Part shown: one piece after another, positions 41,035 to 55,424 of the stretch | Layout: every line of letters begins with the position of its first letter | How positions within the stretch are numbered: position 1 is the stretch's first letter | NCBI GenBank assembly: GCA_964016885.1 | Contig: OZ024745.1 | Span: 125,612,001 to 125,676,000, forward strand | Length of the DNA: 64,000 bases | From: Eledone cirrhosa | Lineage: Eukaryota | Direction: 5' to 3' | The notes under the pieces: model-generated | Told to the model about the DNA's origin: nothing | What the model saw: only the letters and a program-made list of their open reading frames with translations | Database searches by the model: none | Program-made: the position numbers and the translations under genes

Positions 41035-41074
41035 AATATATATATATTTATATATATAAATATATATATATATT

Positions 41075-41147
<73 letters not shown>

Positions 41148-41445
41148 ATATATTTATATATATAAATATATATATATATATTTATATATATAAATATATA
41201 TATATATATTTATATATATAAATATATATTTATATATATAAATATATATATAAATATATATATATATATAAATATATATATATATTTATATATATAAATA
41301 TATATTTATATATATAAATATATATATAAATATATATATATATATAAATATATATATATATTTATATATATAAATATATATATATATATAAATGTATATA
41401 TAAATATATATATATATTTATATATATAAATATATATATAAATTT

Positions 41446-41476
<31 letters not shown>

Positions 41477-41570
41477 AATGTATATATATTTATATATATA
41501 TATATATATAAATGTATATATATATATAAATATATATATATTTATATATATATATATATATATTTATATA
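40495..41570. repeat. Compound (CT)n/(TA)n microsatellite, about 1.1 kb
   Basis: Read directly; interrupted at about 40870-40990 by an HHR-bearing insert. Confidence 0.95.
40911..40976 (-). ncRNA. Type I hammerhead ribozyme inside a ~1-kb TA tract
   Basis: Minus strand reads tattttgt-CTGATGA-aggcatagcatatt gtt aatatgatatcccc-GAAA-tatatata/atgaaata. Helix I is 8 bp including two G-U pairs. Confidence 0.72.
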
Positions 41571-41890
41571 CTAGCATTAAAGCCCGGCGTTTCTTGGGGT
41601 CAGTAAGTTACCAAAGTTAGGTTGCACCAGCCATTTTATGGCAGCGCTTTTTTGTCTGCCAGGCACTGGGTGAATGAATTGCAGACCAGGACTCCCGAAG
41701 CAGGAGCTGCACCAGCAGTGACAATTGTAATTTCGTCTATGGATATTATCTCTGTGCAAAGAAGTGTTGAAATTTATTGTTTCACAGTACTTGCGCAAAC
41801 GCGCGTAGACGATGCCAGCCGAACAACAGAGCTGCGATGGAGTTGTTCTGCATGGTTGTCTAATGTGTGTTTTCTAAATTTATGACAGTA
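41571..41890 (-). mobile_element. Helitron-like 3' end
   Basis: Minus strand ends ...cccaagaaacgccgggctttaatgCTAG/t. The upstream limit is approximate. Confidence 0.45.
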
Positions 41891-42036
41891 TTTCACTCAA
41901 GTACAGAAATGAGTTGCGATGTCATTGATGCCAAGCTGTATCGGCCTTTGCCTTTCCCACGGATGACATTAGTAGCATAGAAAGGTGAGCCTGGCATGCA
42001 TGGGTGACTGCTGGTCTTCCAAAAAACACCTTTACA

Positions 42037-42092
<56 letters not shown>

Positions 42093-42652
42093 TGCAACTG
42101 TGTCCTTGCGTGTAAATGTTTAAATTGGTGGAGAGAATTTTGGTGGGAATTCTATTTTTGAATTTAACCCACCAAACGTGTTTTTTCAGAATCGGTCTTC
42201 CTCTAGAAATGGCTAGGTTAGCCTTGTGTATGGATATGTTCACTTGACAATTACTCTGTTGTGATGGGCTCCTCCTTTTGATGAAGTAAACAATGACCCG
42301 ATTGCGTAATATATAATGATATTACACAATTATTTTGTTAACAACTGTTATAAGCAGAATGTTCCGCAGAAACGTTACTGCCCGGAAATTTGATATATAA
42401 GTATCATCACCCACACACCGCCATCTTACTTACTGATTAACTAAAACTGTACAATCTGGCAATTCGTTTGTCTTTTCTCACTTGCATACCTATTAGCTCA
42501 TCGAATGAGCAAGTGATGGCCGAAGCTCGCCGAAGTAAACTAATGTTTATATGGACATGTATGTATGTATGCATGCATGTATATATATATGTATGTACGT
42601 ACGTATTTGTATATATATATATACTAGCTTTGACAGTTGGCAGGTGAACAAT

Positions 42653-42699
42653 GAGCTGTACTGATGAAGGGTGATACGCAGAAACAGTGTCTGCAGTTC
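42653..42699 (+). ncRNA. Type I hammerhead ribozyme (GUC site)
   Basis: gagctgta-CTGATGA-agggtgatacgca-GAAAC-agt-GTC/tgcagttc. Helix I is 8 bp; helix II is eroded. Part of an element spanning about 42623-42820. Confidence 0.7.
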
Positions 42700-42817
42700 T
42701 GTTTACATGTCAACACAAGAGAAAGAATGAAGGGTTCAATCTACTGACATGGCTGTAAAAACGAGGCTTTTTTGCATACGAATCGAATGTTATTATTAAT
42801 ATTCGAAAAACTCAGAT

Positions 42818-42900
<83 letters not shown>

Positions 42901-42929
42901 ATATATATTTATATATATGTATCTATATA

Positions 42930-42988
<59 letters not shown>

Positions 42989-44564
42989 ATCCATCCAGAA
43001 GAGATTGTCACAAACTTACATAAGCATCTGTGGCTTGCTTGCGGAGATAAGAATATTAACGTTTCTACCCAAATTCTTCGTTGAAGAAGAGAGAAATATT
43101 TGTTTTTATATCTATGGTTATACTGAGAATAAATTGAAACAAATATATTTATATATACTTATCTATTTTAGCCATCTACACAAGTGTTAAATGTTATCAT
43201 GTGATAACATAATACATTGTTTACTTACAGTACATTGTTTACTTCCAAGTTAAATACAAACTTGTTTTCCCTTTTCTCCTTTCCTTATCACTCCTACATG
43301 CCAACACTCTCCTCTCTTAATCATCTATACTTTTCACACACCCCACAACATTCCGTCTCGCTGTAGTGACCACTGACCTCTATTTTCCGTCCTTACGTAT
43401 AATTTAACCCAACTTCCATACTGTTATCATTAACGCAATTCGGCTGTTTTAACAGCTATTCCTCGCGTTTGAGTTTGCAATTTTTTTATGAACTTCACAA
43501 ACTAAATATTTTTGCAATTACATCATGGAAGAGACGATTTTGTCATTTAAGAGAATATATAAATTATTATGCTCTTGTTGTTTTATTCTTGTAATGGTTT
43601 TAGTCATTAGACTGCGGCAATACTTGGGTGTCGCCTTGATTTTGTCGATCGTATCGACGCGAGTACTTATTTTTCGAGTCTTGTAATTATTCCATCGATT
43701 TCATTTTTCTCGAACCGCAATTATGAGAGACACAGGCGTAAACATAGATACATTTACATTAACACACACACTCACATACACACTAACACAAACACATACA
43801 CACACGTACACACACACAACCACTCACGCAAACACGCACACAAGCACACGCACACAGGCACGCGCATATTTATAATGAAGATTGATTTTCTGATGAGAGT
43901 CGGGAAGAAACCAGTTGAATATGATACTCAATACATTTGTAGAGAAAATACATATTATTTAATATAGAAATGGCTTTTATAAGAGCAGCCTTAGAGCTTG
44001 CTTCCAGGATATGACATTCTACACGCACATACCCTCATGTATGTATATATGTATATATATATATATCAGTGTAACCAATACCTGATCATTGCCGTATAAC
44101 TCACTGACTGTGTTCGCTCTGTAATGCAAAGACCAACTTCTAACTGCATACTTGTCAGCTATGGCCGAGCATACTTGTGAGCATGTGAGCTATGGCCGAG
44201 GGGTCACTATAATAAATTCTGTGACTTCCATAATCTCTCTCTCTCGGTTACTTACATTTGCCATTGTCCTGTGTTCCCCCTTCTATCGGTATGTTTTTTC
44301 TTTCTTTCCCTCTCTCCGCTATCGCCTCTTTTTCATCTTTTCTTTCCCTCATAACTTGTTGATAAGCATGGGCGCGCTACGGATAGATGTATTGTCTATA
44401 ATGCGCTGAAACATCGATGACCCGTAGAAGACAACTGATGGAGGGAAAATGTCTATCTCTTGTTTGTGTTCCCTTTTCTAAAACTATATATATATAACGG
44501 AGGAAATGTGGTAAGGAACCATAACGCACCAAAGTACTCAATACTTAGGGTAGTAGAGTGGGTA

Positions 44565-44676
44565 ATAGGAACAAGTAGGACCCCGACGGCTGAGCTCAAG
44601 CCGTTTCGACGGCTAATTCTTGTCCAGAATTAGCCGTCGAAATGGCTTGAGCTCAGCCGTCGGGGTCCTACTCGTT

Positions 44677-44681
<5 letters not shown>
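44565..44681. repeat. 56-bp inverted repeat carrying the 3' half of a hammerhead, abutting a TA tract
   Basis: ataggaac...gtttcgacggctaattct, spacer tgtcc, agaattagccgtcgaaa...gttcctat. Confidence 0.8.
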
Positions 44682-44730
<49 letters not shown>

Positions 44731-47019
44731 TGTTGAAGTTTCCGTGGAAAAAGTAAAAGGAATGAAGAGTGTTCTATGTAAGTTACAGAGCTAAATATTT
44801 AATGTATAATAAACAACACAGTATAATTACCTCATTACCCGAAAAACAAAAAACTAACAAACAAGAGGATGCACTAACATAAAGTTATATTAGTTTTACG
44901 CTTAAAAGTCAACGTATCGGGCATTTACCCTTCATCGGGAAAAACAGCGTTCAGAGTGTAGAAAAACATTGTGGGTGGCTACGGTTAGTATAACTTGGAT
45001 GGTAGGTTTAATTTTAGTAATATGACTGATTGGTATAAAGTCACTCGCCAACTCAGTCGAACCTCTGACCCACATGCTTATAACCCACTCTTCCTTTTCT
45101 GTCATTAACATGGTGATCTCAGCTCAACGGAGTTGGATAGTTTCGTGCCACCTCCACTTAAAGCCTTCATGATTATTGTGTTCTATCTATACCCCGTGCT
45201 AACCATTACATCCTGGCATTTCGATTCAATTATTCACAGAACACTTTGATTATATATTCTCATATCATTGCCACTATGGTCATTTCATAAATGAAATTTG
45301 AAAAAAAAAGAACTTTCACATATGGTTGAAAGACAGTGTGCTATGTGTTGGTGAGGGTAAGTTTGAGCACTGGACAAGTTGTTGTTCTTTGTAAATGTCT
45401 CCACCACATTTTTGAAAATTAGTTCAAGCAATTCATTGTATTACTAACGAAGAAAAACATTTGCTTGATGTTTTCTCAATTTATGGACTATTGCCATAGT
45501 CATTTCTAGAATATTCATTACGACAAAAATCACCACCACCGCCACCACTACAGTCACGAATGGCACCAATGCCATCACAATTACTACCATAACCACCATT
45601 ACCGCCACCACAGTCACCACCACTACCACACATATCTCAATCACCAATGCCACCCTCAACAGTAATTCTACCGACGACACCACCATCACCTTTACCAGCA
45701 CTATCATAAATACTAACACCACCACCACCACTACCATAAATACACATCCACCGCTGCCACCATCATGTCGTTACAGGGATAAAGAAGAATAGCATCAAAA
45801 TAGGACAACTTTCTGAGCAGTTTAAATATCAATGGATTTCTAAAGATATTTCTGATTTGTAAATACTCGGAATAGAAGGCTTTCTGTAAAATAATGCTAT
45901 TTACAACTGCCATTCGTTTTACAGAATATTAGTAATTCATCCGGATATCTTAGTTAAAGTTTAAAAGTTGAGTACAGAAGTCCATCACTTGATTTCCCCA
46001 CAAATGTAACGAACCATTTATTGTTTCATTGAGTTTCTCTCATGTTTGTTTACCCTTTATGTATATTTTAAATCTGTTTTTCTTTTCTTTCTAATTAACA
46101 TTTATGTAAACGAAAGACAGTGATTTGAGAGATTCGTTAGATAGATTGATTCGTGTTATTCATTCTTGATTTGCGATCTGAGTTCAAACCCCACACAGAT
46201 CAACTTTTCCTTTCAACAATTCGAGGTCGACGCATAAAATACCAGTTCAATACCGGGGACCGATTCTTCCTCTCTATTTTTTTTCTTACTTTTCCCTCTT
46301 TTATTTCTATGGAAGAAATAGGCTGCGTTCCAGCTTGTAAACGTTGGGCTTCACTAGGCTTTAAATGTCTAAGACATGCCATATGTAACGGTGTCCTTCT
46401 ACATGAAGAGTTAAGTGTCCATGGCAAAAGAAGGGAGTGGAGTTATCAATATTCCAATAGACTGCCGTGAACGGTTGCAAATAAATTAGTTTCCACAGCT
46501 ATGACGTTACAGGCTGCTTTACTTGTTACTTCAACTTGATAATGTTGATAAAAACCTGCATCGATTTATCCACGATGTCAATTGTTTTCAACATATCCGG
46601 TCCAATGTTATAATGTATCTAGAAGCGACGCGTACTTGCGCTGCTTGGCTTTCCTTAAGCTCTCGTTGCACAATTCGATGGTCGAATCAATTCCCCAAAC
46701 GTTGCTATCAGCGACAGTGGCATCTTAGAAGTATACAGAAAAATAATCCAACCTTTCTTCTTGAATCAAACAGCGCTGATATATCCACATGCACTATGAA
46801 TTATATGATTATATTGCTAATTTCCGCGTGTCGATGTCATTACAGATCTAAGATCATAAGCATTTTCGTCCTTATCATTCTGAAATGTTTGTATATTAGG
46901 GGGTTATATCGTTCAATGTATCTATATATCAAGCACTAGGATGATTTTGCTGCTACTTCTTTCTAGTAAGAAACAACTGAACATAGTGAGACACATAGAG
47001 GGGATGAATATACAATATG

Positions 47020-47500
47020 TGCCACGAGTGGGTGTGAGAATTCTGAGCTGGGAATGCTTGAATGATCTGGCATGAAAAAAGTCAGCTCCAGGAAACTAAG
47101 GTCATTGTAATATCGTTAGAAATCAGATGGAAGAGAAAATATGGTTTGAGCCAGAGTTTAGAGTGATTTCATGCTAATTAGTCAGGTTATCTTCTGTGTA
47201 TGCAGTCTAAGGTGTCTGCAGGTGTGGAAGCAGCACTTATTCTAGATATGGAAGCACTAACACACCCTGTATCTCACCTGAGCTTTGTAGACTCTTAGCA
47301 GTTCTTGGGGGCTGGAGTATTATTTGATCTTGAAGGAGAATGTCAGCCTCTGTGAGGTAGCATTTGCTCTGTATGGCGAAACTTAAACATATATCACAAC
47401 CTTGATGGTTGTTTCTAGTGGTGTGCTATTCATATTTAGAGAGTGATATCGTCTTCTTGGTATGTCTTGTTATTGTGTATTTATGCTGATGAAGCAGACA
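47020..47500 (-). mobile_element. Highly decayed CR1/L2-like LINE fragment
   Basis: Minus strand gives ELLRVYKAQVR...PYLE, resembling LINE RT thumb regions. Boundaries approximate. Confidence 0.4.
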
Positions 47501-48333
47501 AGATTGACATAAAAGGATATTTTCTAAGCATCACTTCATGGAATAAGTGCATGTTTAACATGAGTTTTCTAGGGAGCAACATCATTGGGACTTGAACACA
47601 AAACTCAATTTCTGCAAGAGGTTTTTTTCTTGGTTCGTATCACAATGATACTAAAATATTAATTAAAAAAAAAAAAATAAAAAAAAATGACAAATGTCTG
47701 ATCTGTAAGTTTCAATCTATTTAGACAGAAGAAGGCGTGTCAGCCTTGGTTTTTTTCCCAGATCTAAAAAAATACATATGAGAGAATGTTGATTTTGACT
47801 GCAACAACCGTCAAGGTCATTCTAAACGCTTAGGGTTCATTATCACTGAATAGCCTCAAACGCCGATGAAATAAGTACCAGTTCACTTAGCACCAACCAA
47901 GTTACTCCCATGAATAATACAGCCCTGTAACTGGGCACATTTATGTTAAAAAGCAATGTTTGACCTTAACCAGAAAAGTACAATGTTCATTTAAACACAC
48001 ATAGGCAAGTGGTTTATAACATGAACGCTGACTGCCAGTAAGAGAATAAACACTGGCATCGTATGATGAACAAGCTGTTTGAGTATTTAATTCTTTTTCC
48101 AGCTACATATACCGAGTGGCAAGGAAATTTAAGTAGCTCCCTTAAGGATAAAGTAATGTGAGTAACAGAAACAAAAGAAGGGGAAAAGTTAAAGGGAGAA
48201 ATAGGACGGTAAATAGAATGTGTGTGAGTATATATATATATATATATATGGTTGCATGATGCAACCAAATAAACGGGCTGCCAATATCTTCCAGGCCTTG
48301 AACAATGATATATAAATATATGTATATATTTAT

Positions 48334-48385
<52 letters not shown>

Positions 48386-48545
48386 CTCGCGAATTTTACT
48401 CGCCCTGCATTGCATATATATAATTTTTATAGGTGTTAATCTATATATATATATATGACATATAGGTGTTAACCTATATATATATATGACATATAAACCC
48501 AACGGTCAATTTTAAACATTTTCGATGGTAAAATTGAAATCAAAT

Positions 48546-48903
48546 AATTGTTTCTACTTTTGATACAAGGCCAGCAATTACCCAGTACATTACTGGTACT
48601 TTATTTTATCGTCCCCGTAAGGATGAAAGGCAAAGTTAACCTCGGCGGGATTTGAACTCAGGCCGTAAAGGGACGTAACTATGCTGGAAAGCATGGCTTC
48701 CGACTCTCTAATCAAATAATTGTTTCTACTTTTGGCACAAGGCCAGGAATTACCCAGTGTATTACTAGTACTTTATTTTATCGACCCCGTAAGGATGAAA
48801 GGCAAAGTTAATCTCTGCGGGATTTGAACTCAGAATGGCAAGGGCCGTAACTCTATACGCCAAAGCATGGCGTCCGCCCTCTACCGATACTGCCAATCCA
48901 CCG
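48546..48903 (-). mobile_element. Tandem pair of family-A SINEs
   Basis: Two head-to-tail copies, each starting aataattgtttctactttt on the plus strand. Confidence 0.85.
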
Positions 48904-49370
48904 CAAGACATGAGACACCATACAAGATGATCTAAAAAATAACGAGATATACTCTGCACACTTATGCACAGAAGCATATGTGTTCATGCTCACATTTAAA
49001 CACATGAATATACATTTATCTAGTCTTGTTGGCTGACGGGCAGGCTGGCAACAATGTAAACGGTGATGATGATGATGATGATGATGATGACGGTAATGTA
49101 ACTTGGTATTCATTCTTAGTTGCATCAAATTTTTCACTGACATTGGTGAGCTTCATTAATCAGAGCAGCGATCGATGTACAGATTTATTATATAACATAA
49201 TAAATATACGTCTAGACATAGCGAGGCGTCTGAGGTGGGGAGATGGTTGATGTAACATGTAATGATTTGCTTAAGAATATTAAACAGAGGGCTACAGGAA
49301 AGAGAAGGATATATAACAAGATTAAATTACATGCAAGGACTAAGAAGCCGATACATTATATATATATATA

Positions 49371-49920
49371 AAGAAAATTTCACTCCACATGGCTGAATAC
49401 AATAAATGTAATCTGAGTTTTTCGAATATTAATAATAACATTCGATTCGTTTGCAATTATGCAAACAAGCCTCAATTTTATAGCCATGTCAGTAGAATAA
49501 ACACTTCATTCCTGCTCTTGTGTTGGCATGCGAACAGAACTGCTGACACTAATGTTTCCGGGTAACATCCTTCACCAGTACAGCTCACTGTTCACCTGCC
49601 AAACTGTCGGAGCTAGTGAAAATATATGCTATTTTAAAAAATATACAGTGACTGATCGGCCTGATTTGCATATTAGCAGACTGGCATATCAGATCTGCAT
49701 ATTAGCAGATCCCCTGATCAGCCAGATTTGCATATCAGCAGACTGGCCAGTCAGCTTCCTGTATACGAGCGATAAATGGCCGTCTTTGGTAAATTAAAAT
49801 AAAAAAGAAAATTTCGCTCTACATGGCTGAATATTGCAAATGAATCGAATGTTATTATTAATATTCGAAAAACTCAGTTTACATTTATTGTATTCAGCCA
49901 TGTAGAGCGACATTTTCTTT
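49371..49920 (-). mobile_element. Element of the 42623 family with a mutated HHR (CTGGTGA, 49537-49586) and an inverted terminal duplication (49803-49920)
   Basis: 49371-49627 is the reverse-complement homolog of 42623-42820, and 49834-49920 is an inverted copy of 49371-49457. Confidence 0.75.
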
Positions 49921-50076
49921 TTTGTGTGTGACAGAGACGCTGCTCCAGCCGAGGTGACAAGATACTACCCATGGTCAGTCTTGACCTAAGGAGGCCTTAA
50001 CTACCTTAACTTTATATATATATATATTAATTATCGAGCCCTCTTTGGATTTTAGTCTTCAAATTTATTATTATTA

Positions 50077-50118
<42 letters not shown>

Positions 50119-50808
50119 AAGATACAAAGCAGGCTTTGTTTATGAACAGCGAAGATTTGAAAGATAGCTAGTAATATGTGCTTACGCCGTATTTCACTAA
50201 ATAAATTACTCTATTAGTTGGTATTTAAAACAAAAACCTCTGAATTGAAAAAAGGATTACCATTGAGGTACATACGGCAAGAACACACATCTTTCGTTTG
50301 CCATTGGTCCGGCAAACCAAAGATGTGGGTTCAATTCCCATGTACGTCAATTCCCTTTCTTTTTTTTCTATTTAGAGGTTTTTATTTTAAATACTAACTA
50401 ATATAATATTTTATTCAGTCTTATAAGGTGTTAGCCCATGTTAACAGCTATATATATATACAATTTTTTTTCCATATATCTAGTTGACAAACAACTAGTA
50501 TTTTGTACGTACATATACGACCGTTTCATGAAAAATTCCAGAACATGATGCTTATAACCGATCTTAATGTCTAGGCTCAATCACCAATTATCGATCCTAG
50601 TAAAAAGCATCTTTAACACTAAGAAAAACATTTTTGATTATCGTTTAAATTTGTAAAAAAAATTTGCCCTGAGCTTAATGTTCATTGAGCATTCTTTGTT
50701 GAGTAACTTAATCTATATACAATCTATATGTATAGATTTAACCTAATTATAGTATACAATTATATATATATATCTGTTGTAAGGTTGCTTAGATGCGTCC
50801 ATAGACGG

Positions 50809-50848
<40 letters not shown>

Positions 50849-50918
50849 CAAACATATATATACATACACATATATACATATACTTACATATATATATACA
50901 TACATATATATACTTACA

Positions 50919-50956
<38 letters not shown>

Positions 50957-50982
50957 CTTACATATATATATACATATATACG

Positions 50983-51577
50983 TACAGGTTGTACTGGTAA
51001 CATGTATCCCAGTACAACCAGTCTCATGGTCGGGTCGTTGGCAACTAAACTGGCAAGCCCACCAAGGTTTCTTGGTGAGGAGAGTGACTTTGGACATCCT
51101 GCAGGACTAAAACCAAAACCTGTCAAAGGGCAAAGGAGCTCTTAAGAGTCAATGGCCATCCAAAATCACCGGGAGAGATGACCCCTAAGCCTTTGTCAAG
51201 GCAGAATTCTAGGAGAACGAAAACTCTGATATAACACCTGCAACCCTGATGGTATCCAATGATGTTGACTTGTTCTTCTTTTTGGTAAATATTATCTCGG
51301 TTAAGAGAGTGAGACTGGCTTTGTGCAGTGCCTTTGTTCACTATAAAAGCTTCATGGCACAGGCATTGCTTTATATCTGGAGATCTCTCTTCCCTTGTCG
51401 TCACATGGTACCATGGGCCCAGCACTATGTGTCAATAATTGTCACAAGTGTAGTGTTTGTACCAGAGTTTTCAAGTCACTGGCTCGACTAAAAAGTCACA
51501 CTCGTTCTGCGCATCGGTAGGGGTTCTCCTACATGGATATAAAGTAGTGGCCGTACTCGAAAACGAGTTGGCAGCCA

Positions 51578-51580
<3 letters not shown>
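50983..51580 (+). mobile_element. Unclassified ~600-bp dispersed repeat (also 62130-62658 +, 23945-24425 -, 24490-24760 - partial, 5478-5735 + partial)
   Basis: Copies share blocks ggtcgggtcgt, gagtcaacggccatccaa, aaaagcttca..gcacaggcatt and gagttgcagccaccat, and run into TA/CA tracts. Confidence 0.7.
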
Positions 51581-51638
<58 letters not shown>

Positions 51639-51737
51639 GCGATGTATATCAATGATGGTTGGCAAATCACTGACGAAGGATTATTTTTATCATATGTAAC
51701 CCATGTGAAACCACGCAGTATACTTCTTTCTTCTCAT

Positions 51738-51779
<42 letters not shown>

Positions 51780-52950
51780 AAATGTTTAACCCCGACGGCA
51801 GAGCTCATATATATACTCAGTCAACTGTTTCATCAGAGATATTAAAACTCAAATTGAAGATGACAGTTTTATTTTCTTTCTAAAAAAATTGAATTGCAGC
51901 TCGAAACTATTTGATATTAAAAGACATCTCCAGTAAGAAGACAACAACAATAAATTCAACATCAACAACAGCAGCAGCAGCCGGAGCACAGACAGCTACA
52001 ACAGTTAAAGAGAAAAGCTGGCAGAGACATCAGTTACAAGCATACAATACCAATATTCTAAACATTTTCCTTTACTAAAAGAAAGAGAGAGAGAGGGGAG
52101 AAAGAGAGATAGAGATAGAGTGGGGAGAGGGAGAGAATATGTGTGTGTGTATGTATGTGTGCGTGTGTTTGTGTGTATTTAACACGCATGAAACCGAGTG
52201 TCTGAGGTTATTCTGGACTACTGACCTAATTGTATGAGGTGTCTTTCCACAGCCAGCAGTCATCCAGCCCGCCAGTTACTCGCTCTCTCTCCCCCCGTCA
52301 CGCACACACACAACCTTTCTTTCCCTTTCTCTCCACCGCATAAATACATACATTCATACATACGCCTGTGAGTGAGTAGGTACAAACAGTATGGTAAAGT
52401 CTAAATAAATTCTAGATCTAACAACCGAACTTACCTAAAATCATGCACCACTGCCTTGCCAAGGAATAATATATATGCAAATCCTAGTTGAATTATGCCT
52501 TATAAAATGACGGAATAGTGAATACTTTTGATTACAGAGCTGTAGAGCTGACCTGGAGCTAAATGACAACAGCAATATGTAATTAGATGTCACATGCTTC
52601 TGAGTTCTGATTTCGTCAGGATTTCATCTTATATTCGTTTAGAGTCACTAAAATAAGTAGCGGTATTATATATATTATAGTTTAGATAATACTAAAAGTC
52701 TGTGATTGCTTGCTTGCTTGTCTGTAATGTAATACAGCCAAAAGGGTGCATAATGGGAAAATACTTTGAAAGGAAGTTGACCCTGAAATGGGAATACAAA
52801 TGGAATAAAACAAGTTACGGGTAAATCGGACCACGGGTTCCCGAGATATGGGGTTTTTCCGGGTACGTTCATAAACACAGAGAGAGAGAGAGGAGACAGA
52901 GAAGGAGAATAGAAAAGAGAGAGAGAGAGAGCTTGTGGTGGTGTCATGTG

Positions 52951-52986
<36 letters not shown>

Positions 52987-53019
52987 AGTGTGTGTGTATA
53001 TATGTGTGTGTCTATGACC

Positions 53020-53228
53020 AGAGTATATGTGGAAGTCGGACCTCTTCGTTGCGGTAGTGGAGTCCCCTGCATGGACACACTGGAAGAGGAAGACCGAAGT
53101 TAACATATGTTGATGCCCTAAGGACAGACACTGGTCTGTTGGAGACGCAGGACATGGCAGCGATAATGAGGGACAGAGACCGCAGGAGAGAACTCGTCCA
53201 AGGATCTCGGGAATTTTACCCACCCTAG
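53020..53228 (+). mobile_element. RTE-clade LINE 3' end joined to (TA)n; deleted second copy at 34427-34523 (-)
   Basis: 53058-53228 translates as WSPLHGHTGRGRPKLTYVDALRTDTGLLETQDMAAIMRDRDRRRELV...*, similar to RTE C-termini. Confidence 0.75.
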
Positions 53229-53273
53229 ATATATATATACACACACATATATATATGTGTATACAAACAAACA

Positions 53274-53325
<52 letters not shown>

Positions 53326-53648
53326 CACACGGGCCTTCCAGTTTCATTTCACGTTATACAGATGTCTGTGTATATTTTAATTATCTAAAAATTATTTTTA
53401 AGTGAACAGGATTTTTCAAAAATATTTTGAAGTGAACGTGACCCGCGGATTACAGAGTCGGGTCAGATCGATACAGATCGAACCGCGCGTCGCCAACCAA
53501 TAAACGTAATGAAGGAGTAACCAATCGTCCTTGTTATTTTATTTCACTATAATACACTCTGTCTAGCTCCACACCTCGACACCGAGGTGAACCTAAACAT
53601 CGAGTGCTTACCTGGGTGAACCTACAGTAACTCCAAGTTACACTCCCT

Positions 53649-53730
<82 letters not shown>

Positions 53731-55424
53731 CACGTTACCAATTATATACACAAGGCTTTCCTTTGTATTCAACTCAATGTTTGTCTACGCTTCACAACTT
53801 GTCCCACTGACTCTATTTGAATGTCTCCATTCTCAGTCACGCCATAATGACTCACTATCTTCTTTAGAGAAAAGCATTCCCTATAAATAGATAAGACCTA
53901 TACCGTAGTTTGATGAGCTGCAAGATGAAACTAGCAGTCACTAGAATTTATTTAGCATTCCAATACCTGAATTACATTTTAATCTATATATATACAGTCT
54001 TGCAAGCAGTTCACACACATCTACACAGAAAGCGATCGCAAGTATGAAAATGCACTCTTAACAGGTGCAATGTGTCCGAAGACGGGGGAGCCGAAGCCCC
54101 ACCATAATCGCCTCAATCTCTCTCGCCCTCCCCATCTCTCTGTATACTGAGCAAATGGGGTCCCACGTGTCGGGCGCCTCACATCCCCGGCGGACGGAGT
54201 ATCTAGAAGAAATTAGATTCTCCCGCTTTCCAAGTAATGTTCAGAAAGGAGTGGTTTGTAGTGAAATTTAGCACTTTAGCTTTAATTATTTCGTTGTTTC
54301 CCAGAATGGTAATGGACGAAGTCGACATCGGTGTTTTAAGAATTCAGTATACAAAAAAATTTAGCTAATTACCGCAAAATATTTTGTTGGTCATTTTACT
54401 GGTATTTAGTCATAATGCCAACATTTTAAATGACAGGAAAGGCAATTAATTCGACCCCAGCATTTAGCTGATACTTTATTTTTATCGATCTCAGAGGGAT
54501 AAAAGTTGATCTTGGCAGCATTTGATCTCAGGAGAACCAGAACAAATATAATCTTGACAGACGCCTTACCGATATTGCAAATTCAACGTCCGCAAAACTG
54601 TAAATAAAATGATAACAGAATTCCAGAAACATTCGGGAGGTAGAAATAGTCGATAAATGGACCTCAGTGTATCACTAGTACATTTGTTTTTTATCGACAC
54701 CGGAAGGATAAAACGTGCCACGGCAAGATATGAACACAGCACGTAAATAGAGGAAACTAAAAACCTAAAAAGTTTAAGAAATTTTCTTCAACACAGCAAC
54801 GATTCTGTCAAATCTCTCACACAATAAAAGTAATTTATTCGACGGCTGAAAAACCTTAGCCTTTAGGAATTTTTTTTGCTTTTGCATTATCCCATTTAAC
54901 CTTGAAACACACACACACACACACACACATATATACACACATATATATATAACCTAAATACATACATTTTGCTATCAGGCAAATGCAAATGTTTGACTAA
55001 ATTTCTTAGAACTAGTTCACTGAGACCCAATCTTGAACTTTGCCCTTTGTGTTAAAGGATTTCAGAAATGCGAACGATAGGGAGGGTAAACGGTAGATTA
55101 TTTCAAGAGATATCACTGGCTTGTCTATTTCTGTCGAGTATATTTTGTTTATTTTTTTGTTCTTTCTCTGTCTTGTGTATAATTATATCAGCAAGTATAG
55201 TACCGCTTATGTCAGCAAGTATAGCCCCACTGATATTGTTATCTAGTTAGCTTCCTAACAGCTTCGTAAAGATTTGAATAGCGAGAAACAAACAAATGAT
55301 GGTAACAAAAAAAGGCAACTTCAAAATGTAAGGATGCTAATGCTATTTATTCTCCAAGTCGACTCAATCTCATTTTATTTTCCAGATTAATGTTCCCCAG
55401 ACTATGACCTAATGTGTATCGTTT

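Noticed and set aside
43050-43095. GAAACGTTA motif on the minus strand as a hammerhead
   Set aside because: There is no recognisable CUGANGA or helix I; it is too decayed to call.
44350-44420. Stem followed by GAAAC as a hammerhead
   Set aside because: The 5' core is missing.
45444-45765. Hydrophobic or Thr-rich ORF as a mucin-like exon
   Set aside because: It is a cryptic (ACC)n low-complexity repeat with no splice support, and the Thr-rich reading is on the strand opposite the gene.
46270-46810. Tc1 transposase fragment on the minus strand
   Set aside because: The resemblance is vague and I found no TIRs or DDE motif.
52428-52470. Strong minus-strand donor (AG/GTAAGT) as an upstream ADAMTS exon
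   Set aside because: The required phase-0 frame contains stop codons and lacks the expected C.GL ending.
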